Shown in pieces: positions 62,367-64,000 of a DNA stretch of 64,000 nucleotides (within the stretch, counting starts at the first letter, position 1; every line of letters starts with the position of its first letter). The notes beneath the pieces are model-generated. The model saw nothing but the letters and a program-made list of their open reading frames with translations, did no database searches and was not told where the DNA came from. The DNA is from Trypanosoma brucei. Taxonomy: Eukaryota. The DNA lies in contig CP000071.1 of NCBI GenBank assembly GCA_000002445.1, positions 1,408,001-1,472,000 of the forward strand, in the 5' to 3' direction. Made by a program: the position numbers and the translations under genes.

Positions 62367-64000
62367 ATGACCATCCCCGAGGCGCGGCTGCGTCGCGACC
62401 GTATTTCAGCAGCTTCCTTCGACCGTTGCATTGAGGAAAATGCTCGAAATATCATTGGCCTTGGCTCTAAAGAATCTCCTGGACTCGAGACCCGCTTCGG
62501 TGCTCGGTATGATCGTAGGGATGTGCGTTTTGTTGGTCGGGCCGATGACGTCCGGCGATTCACCGAGGAGGCGGCGAGGTCAAGCGCCGCCGGACATTGG
62601 CCAATGGGAGTGACATTCGTGCGGGGTGAGTTCGGTGCTGCATCCGGGGGCGATGGCCATCGGTTGAGCGCTGAACCAACGAGCCATGATTTGGGCCGCG
62701 CACCAATGGATGTGGCTAGCGAGGGAACTAATCCAATGCTGCGGCGTGTGTTGAGGCGGTGCAAAGAAGGGGTTTCCTCGTCACTGGCTGGAGTTCTTGC
62801 CGCTGCTGGCCCTGAGAAAGCACCGGCTGAAGGAACCACCTCTGAGATGAACCCTAGGAAGAACGTGGCACCGTCGACGGCTTCTACACGCCCACAAACG
62901 GCATCAGTAGTGAGTCCTGCGAGGCGGCGTGTCGAGAAGCGCTTACGGCGGCGATCAGCCGTGTTGTTGAGAGGCGGAGAATCGTTACACCCATGTTCCC
63001 TGCAGGGCGGATGCGGCTCACAGGGTGGCTCTTCGAACTGCGCGTTTGTTACACATCCATCTACCGCTTGCGTTCAGTGGTTGCGGCTGGGCCGTTGCGA
63101 GGAAGCGCGTCTATGTAGCTGCCCGTGGTGGCACCCTGCGGAGATGGAGGTACTGAAACCGGAGTTTCTTCACAGTTACTTCTTCGGCATTGCCGAAGGA
63201 GATGAGAGGGGGCTACGACCCTTGAGGGAAAGCTGTGCTGCGGTGGGGAGGCTCCTACAGATGTTTCTGGACATTATCGTTTCCACGATATTCGAAGCAT
63301 TGAGGATGGAGACGACAAATAACGAGGAGGTGGTGACGGTTGGGCGCGTTGAGGACCTTCTATCTCGTGCTGGTAAAGGGAAGGGTGGAAACTCCGCCTG
63401 CATTTGTAACCTAAAGGATGGTTTGCTCTCTGTGGAGCGGGAACTGTGCGTAAGTGCACTAATGGGTGATGATGAGGGGGTAACCTGCACGGAAAGTGCT
63501 GACGGCGAGACATCGGGGCCTCATTTCGATGGCGAGTCGACTTCTTTGCTCCGCAACATGGAACACTACCATAAGCTGCACGCCGATGCGGACAAAGAAG
63601 TGCGAAACCTCCTTGTTATATTTCGCGCGTACTTTACGATGTGTGATGAACGTGGGGGAAACAGTGGCCGCGTCATCGTGAGCGCTTCTCTTACTCAATG
63701 GCTGCTCAGGCACGCTGCGAGTTGTTGCAGTCAGGGAGAATGTTACTCGGCTGGACTGACCCCAATCAAGCTGTTTGAGGAGGCTTCAGTTGTATTATTG
63801 AAGGATAGACTTCATAGGTGTGGCATTGACATATGCGGCAGGAGTTGCAAGCAATCGAGCATCACACCTTCCGACCGTTCATCGCCGTTATTGTTGCTGC
63901 AACATGTCTCTTTATTGTCGAATATTGTAACGTTTGGTGCGAACGCAGATCAGGCGATGCTGACCGAGCCGGGGCAACAATCACTTTTGTATAGTGTCTT
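62367..64000 (+). CDS. Hypothetical protein, N-terminal ~544 codons. The ORF is open to the right window edge. It is Cys-rich in places (CSCPWWHP, CICNLKDG).
   Basis: Hand translation from the ATG at 62367 (MTIPEARLRRDRISAASF...) shows no stop before 64000. It is absent from the ORF track because it runs off the edge. It lies in the same orientation as the rightward unit. Confidence 0.45.
   Translation, partial: MTIPEARLRRDRISAASFDRCIEENARNIIGLGSKESPGLETRFGARYDRRDVRFVGRADDVRRFTEEAARSSAAGHWPMGVTFVRGEFGAASGGDGHRLSAEPTSHDLGRAPMDVASEGTNPMLRRVLRRCKEGVSSSLAGVLAAAGPEKAPAEGTTSEMNPRKNVAPSTASTRPQTASVVSPARRRVEKRLRRRSAVLLRGGESLHPCSLQGGCGSQGGSSNCAFVTHPSTACVQWLRLGRCEEARLCSCPWWHPAEMEVLKPEFLHSYFFGIAEGDERGLRPLRESCAAVGRLLQMFLDIIVSTIFEALRMETTNNEEVVTVGRVEDLLSRAGKGKGGNSACICNLKDGLLSVERELCVSALMGDDEGVTCTESADGETSGPHFDGESTSLLRNMEHYHKLHADADKEVRNLLVIFRAYFTMCDERGGNSGRVIVSASLTQWLLRHAASCCSQGECYSAGLTPIKLFEEASVVLLKDRLHRCGIDICGRSCKQSSITPSDRSSPLLLLQHVSLLSNIVTFGANADQAMLTEPGQQSLLYSV

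Noticed and set aside
62282-62839. 185-aa minus-strand ORF rich in Ser/Pro/Arg.
   Set aside because: It is opposite in orientation to the rightward polycistronic unit. It overlaps the better plus-strand ORF that starts at 62367 and is probably its antisense shadow.
1-64000. Prokaryotic-style systems (CRISPR arrays, operons, defence islands, integrases).
   Set aside because: The sequence is eukaryotic kinetoplastid-like, with long same-strand gene arrays, poly-pyrimidine/AG processing signals and family-B pol alpha, kinesins, U1-70K and eIF4G. There are no direct-repeat/spacer arrays or Shine-Dalgarno-spaced operons.

Overview
This window reads as trypanosomatid nuclear DNA, not a prokaryotic locus. 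Gene content and order point to the Trypanosoma brucei chromosome-8 neighbourhood carrying PHB1, EIF4G3, U1-70K, DNA polymerase alpha and ERO1, although I cannot run a search to confirm that.

Layout: positions 1 to about 35230 form one minus-strand polycistronic unit of 12 genes. It begins with a giant repeat-built gene, followed by a hypothetical protein, a WD40 protein, prohibitin, EIF4G3, U1-70K, a kinesin, another hypothetical, a PPR-like protein, a WD40 plus coiled-coil axonemal-type protein, the POLA1 catalytic subunit and ERO1. Positions 35231-44351 are a roughly 9 kb divergent strand-switch region with no convincing long ORF. From 44352 to the window end a plus-strand polycistronic unit runs rightward. 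It holds a 1028-aa hypothetical, a TraB-family protein, a putatively dual-acylated MGSCCG protein, a kinesin carrying about 20 tandem 28-aa repeats, and a partial ORF at the right edge.

ORF-track caveats: the track omits ORFs that run off the window edges, and several listed starts are GTG or TTG rather than ATG. I re-derived ATG starts by hand where I could. Two ORFs the track misses are a giant minus-strand ORF covering 2..9307 and a plus-strand ORF running from 62367 to the end.

The most unusual content is threefold. First, the giant gene is built from ~100-aa YPFLP/GIPLGEL modules and includes a near-identical 1701-bp macro-tandem repeat. Second, the strand-switch region has mirrored, strand-asymmetric GT-rich elements. 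Third, the kinesin has a near-perfect 84-bp by ~20 tandem array. There is no CRISPR array, rRNA or tRNA, and I found no recognisable transposon.
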